NCBI GenBank assembly: GCA_016218805.1
Contig: JACRCW010000033.1
Span: forward strand, 1-51,600
DNA from: Deltaproteobacteria bacterium
GTDB lineage: Bacteria > Myxococcota > JACRCW01
Direction: 5' to 3'
Length of the DNA stretch: 51,600 nt
In this document: positions 50,353-51,600 of the stretch, piece by piece
Position numbering within the stretch: the stretch's first letter is position 1
How the letters are laid out: each line of letters starts with the position of its first letter
The notes under the pieces: model-generated
The model's database searches: none
The model's input: only the letters and a program-made list of their open reading frames with translations
Told to the model about the DNA's origin: nothing
Position numbers and translations under genes: made by a program

Positions 50353-51048
50353 ATGCGCACGGCCCTGCTCCCGTCGGTGTGCGCCGCGCTGCTTGGTAGC
50401 GGGTGTTTTGGCCCGTTCAGCCTCATTCAGGTGACCGCCAACCTGGAGGACAAGACCCAGTTCAATCCCAACCAGACCGGTTTTGTCGTCGTGGATGAGT
50501 TCCAGGAGGTGACCGCGGCGGACGGCACCGTCACGCAGCGGGAGCGCGCCGTGCCGCGGATCATCGTGGTGCTGTCACGCGTGCGGTTTGACCCGGAGCA
50601 GGACCTGGCGGCGCTCCCGTCGGATGACCGGTTGAACCTGGTGCAGGAACTGCGGCGCAATGACCTGGTCATCTTCTCGGACATTCCGGCGGACCGGGCC
50701 AAGGCCGGCACGGTGCTGCAGAGCAACAAGCCGTCCGGCCCCGCGGATGAGTTCACCTTCCTCCTGCAGCGCGGCAACGTGGGGTTCCGCCGGAATGCCA
50801 CGTACGCGGATGTGCCCCCGTTTGCGGACCAGCAGGGCGTCACGCTGGAGTTTGTGACGGTGAACCTGCGCGAATACGGGCGGCTGGACCTCACGCCCAT
50901 CTCGCTGCGGTTTGAGCGCGGGGCCAACCAGCCCGCGGAGGCGCCAGCGTCCACCGGGCGGGTGACCATCCGCGCCACCCTCCCCGTCATCAATGAGCGC
51001 CTGGGCGAGTCCAACCTGGCGGTCATCCGCGAGGCCGTGCGGGATTGA
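50353..51048 (+). CDS. Hypothetical lipoprotein (paralog of the upstream gene)
   Basis: Lipobox GSGC; starts 2 nt after the upstream stop. Confidence 0.75.
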   Translation: MRTALLPSVCAALLGSGCFGPFSLIQVTANLEDKTQFNPNQTGFVVVDEFQEVTAADGTVTQRERAVPRIIVVLSRVRFDPEQDLAALPSDDRLNLVQELRRNDLVIFSDIPADRAKAGTVLQSNKPSGPADEFTFLLQRGNVGFRRNATYADVPPFADQQGVTLEFVTVNLREYGRLDLTPISLRFERGANQPAEAPASTGRVTIRATLPVINERLGESNLAVIREAVRD

Positions 51049-51340
51049 CCCCGGGTGAAAGCGCGGCCAGGAGGGCGTCGCGGCGAGGAAGCTTGCGGCG
51101 CCATGGGAACCCACCACGGCGACCCGTGCCGTTGATGCGGCCGCCTGCGGGGGCGATCAACACCGGGAAGCTGACGGAGCGTCTTGTGGAGCCCGCAGCT
51201 GAGCCCAGGGCTGGGGAGGGGGAAGGTCCAATCCAATCCATGGCGTGCCGGCACGCAGCGCCCCCGTGCCTCAAGGCCGGGTTCTACCTTGTCCCGCGCT
51301 GGAACAGGGGTGCGTACCCAGACCGGTGGACCTGCGGTTC

Positions 51341-51429
51341 GGGAGGGCTCGCCTCCCGGCGAGCCGCGTGCGCCGGAGCGGTTTGGCGCCGTGCAAAACC
51401 AAGCGGCTCCGCAGGAGGCGAGCCCTCCC
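51341..51429. repeat. Long inverted repeat (REP doublet/REPIN-like or MITE-like)
   Basis: GGGAGGGCTCGCCTCC (51341-56) pairs perfectly with GGAGGCGAGCCCTCCC (51414-29); inner GAGCCGC/GCGGCTC stem. Confidence 0.7.
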
Positions 51430-51600
51430 TGCGATTCTGTTAGGCACTTCCGCCTGACCGGGTGTGATGCGAGATGGTTGTAGACCGCTGGGATCGACAA
51501 TGCCGCTGCGGCCAGGTAGCACGCCAGCGCGGTGTGGCCCGGCCGCCCCCGGCCGGGACGCCAGCGGGACATCCGTGACGTCGCCATGCACCGGCACAGC

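Noticed and set aside
51049..51600. tmRNA, SRP RNA, RNase P RNA, 6S RNA or tRNA-Sec
   Set aside because: Only partial look-alikes (GTGGAGC, GCCGGGTTCT, minus-strand CCGGTCAGGCGGAAG). The diagnostic motifs were not found (tRNA-like T-arm with CCA, CAGG-GNRA-AGCA, GAGGAAAGTCC).

Overview
Very GC-rich bacterial DNA, most consistent with a Myxococcota-like organism (inferred from a MYXO-CTERM-like C-terminus, an AgmX/PglI-type TonB-C protein, a Zn-ribbon Ser/Thr kinase and many lipoproteins). Bases 1-15160 hold the end of tuf and a contiguous S10-spc-alpha ribosomal superoperon. That operon lacks rplC (L3), map and infA, has a non-zinc Proteobacteria-type adk fused by overlap to secY, and encodes several ribosomal proteins with Ala/Lys-rich extensions. 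Bases 15.3-51.6 kb are mixed housekeeping and accessory genes: acyl-CoA dehydrogenase, yfgM-bamB-mutT, amidohydrolase, M13 peptidase, MoxR, creatininase-like protein, stand-alone E2 domain, kinase, MPG, ALDH, aminotransferase, LhgO-like oxidase, rhomboid and lipoproteins. The best hidden feature, missing from the ORF track, is a SelW/Rdx selenoprotein at 43943-44179 with a CxxU motif and an fdhF-like SECIS hairpin. Other notable items are a PPDK pseudoenzyme clustered with a TonB-C protein and a kinase, an NLP/NPP1-motif surface protein, a tandem pair of paralogous lipoproteins behind a rhomboid, and REP-like elements interleaved with duplicated gene ends. No CRISPR array, rRNA, tRNA or intact transposase was recognised.
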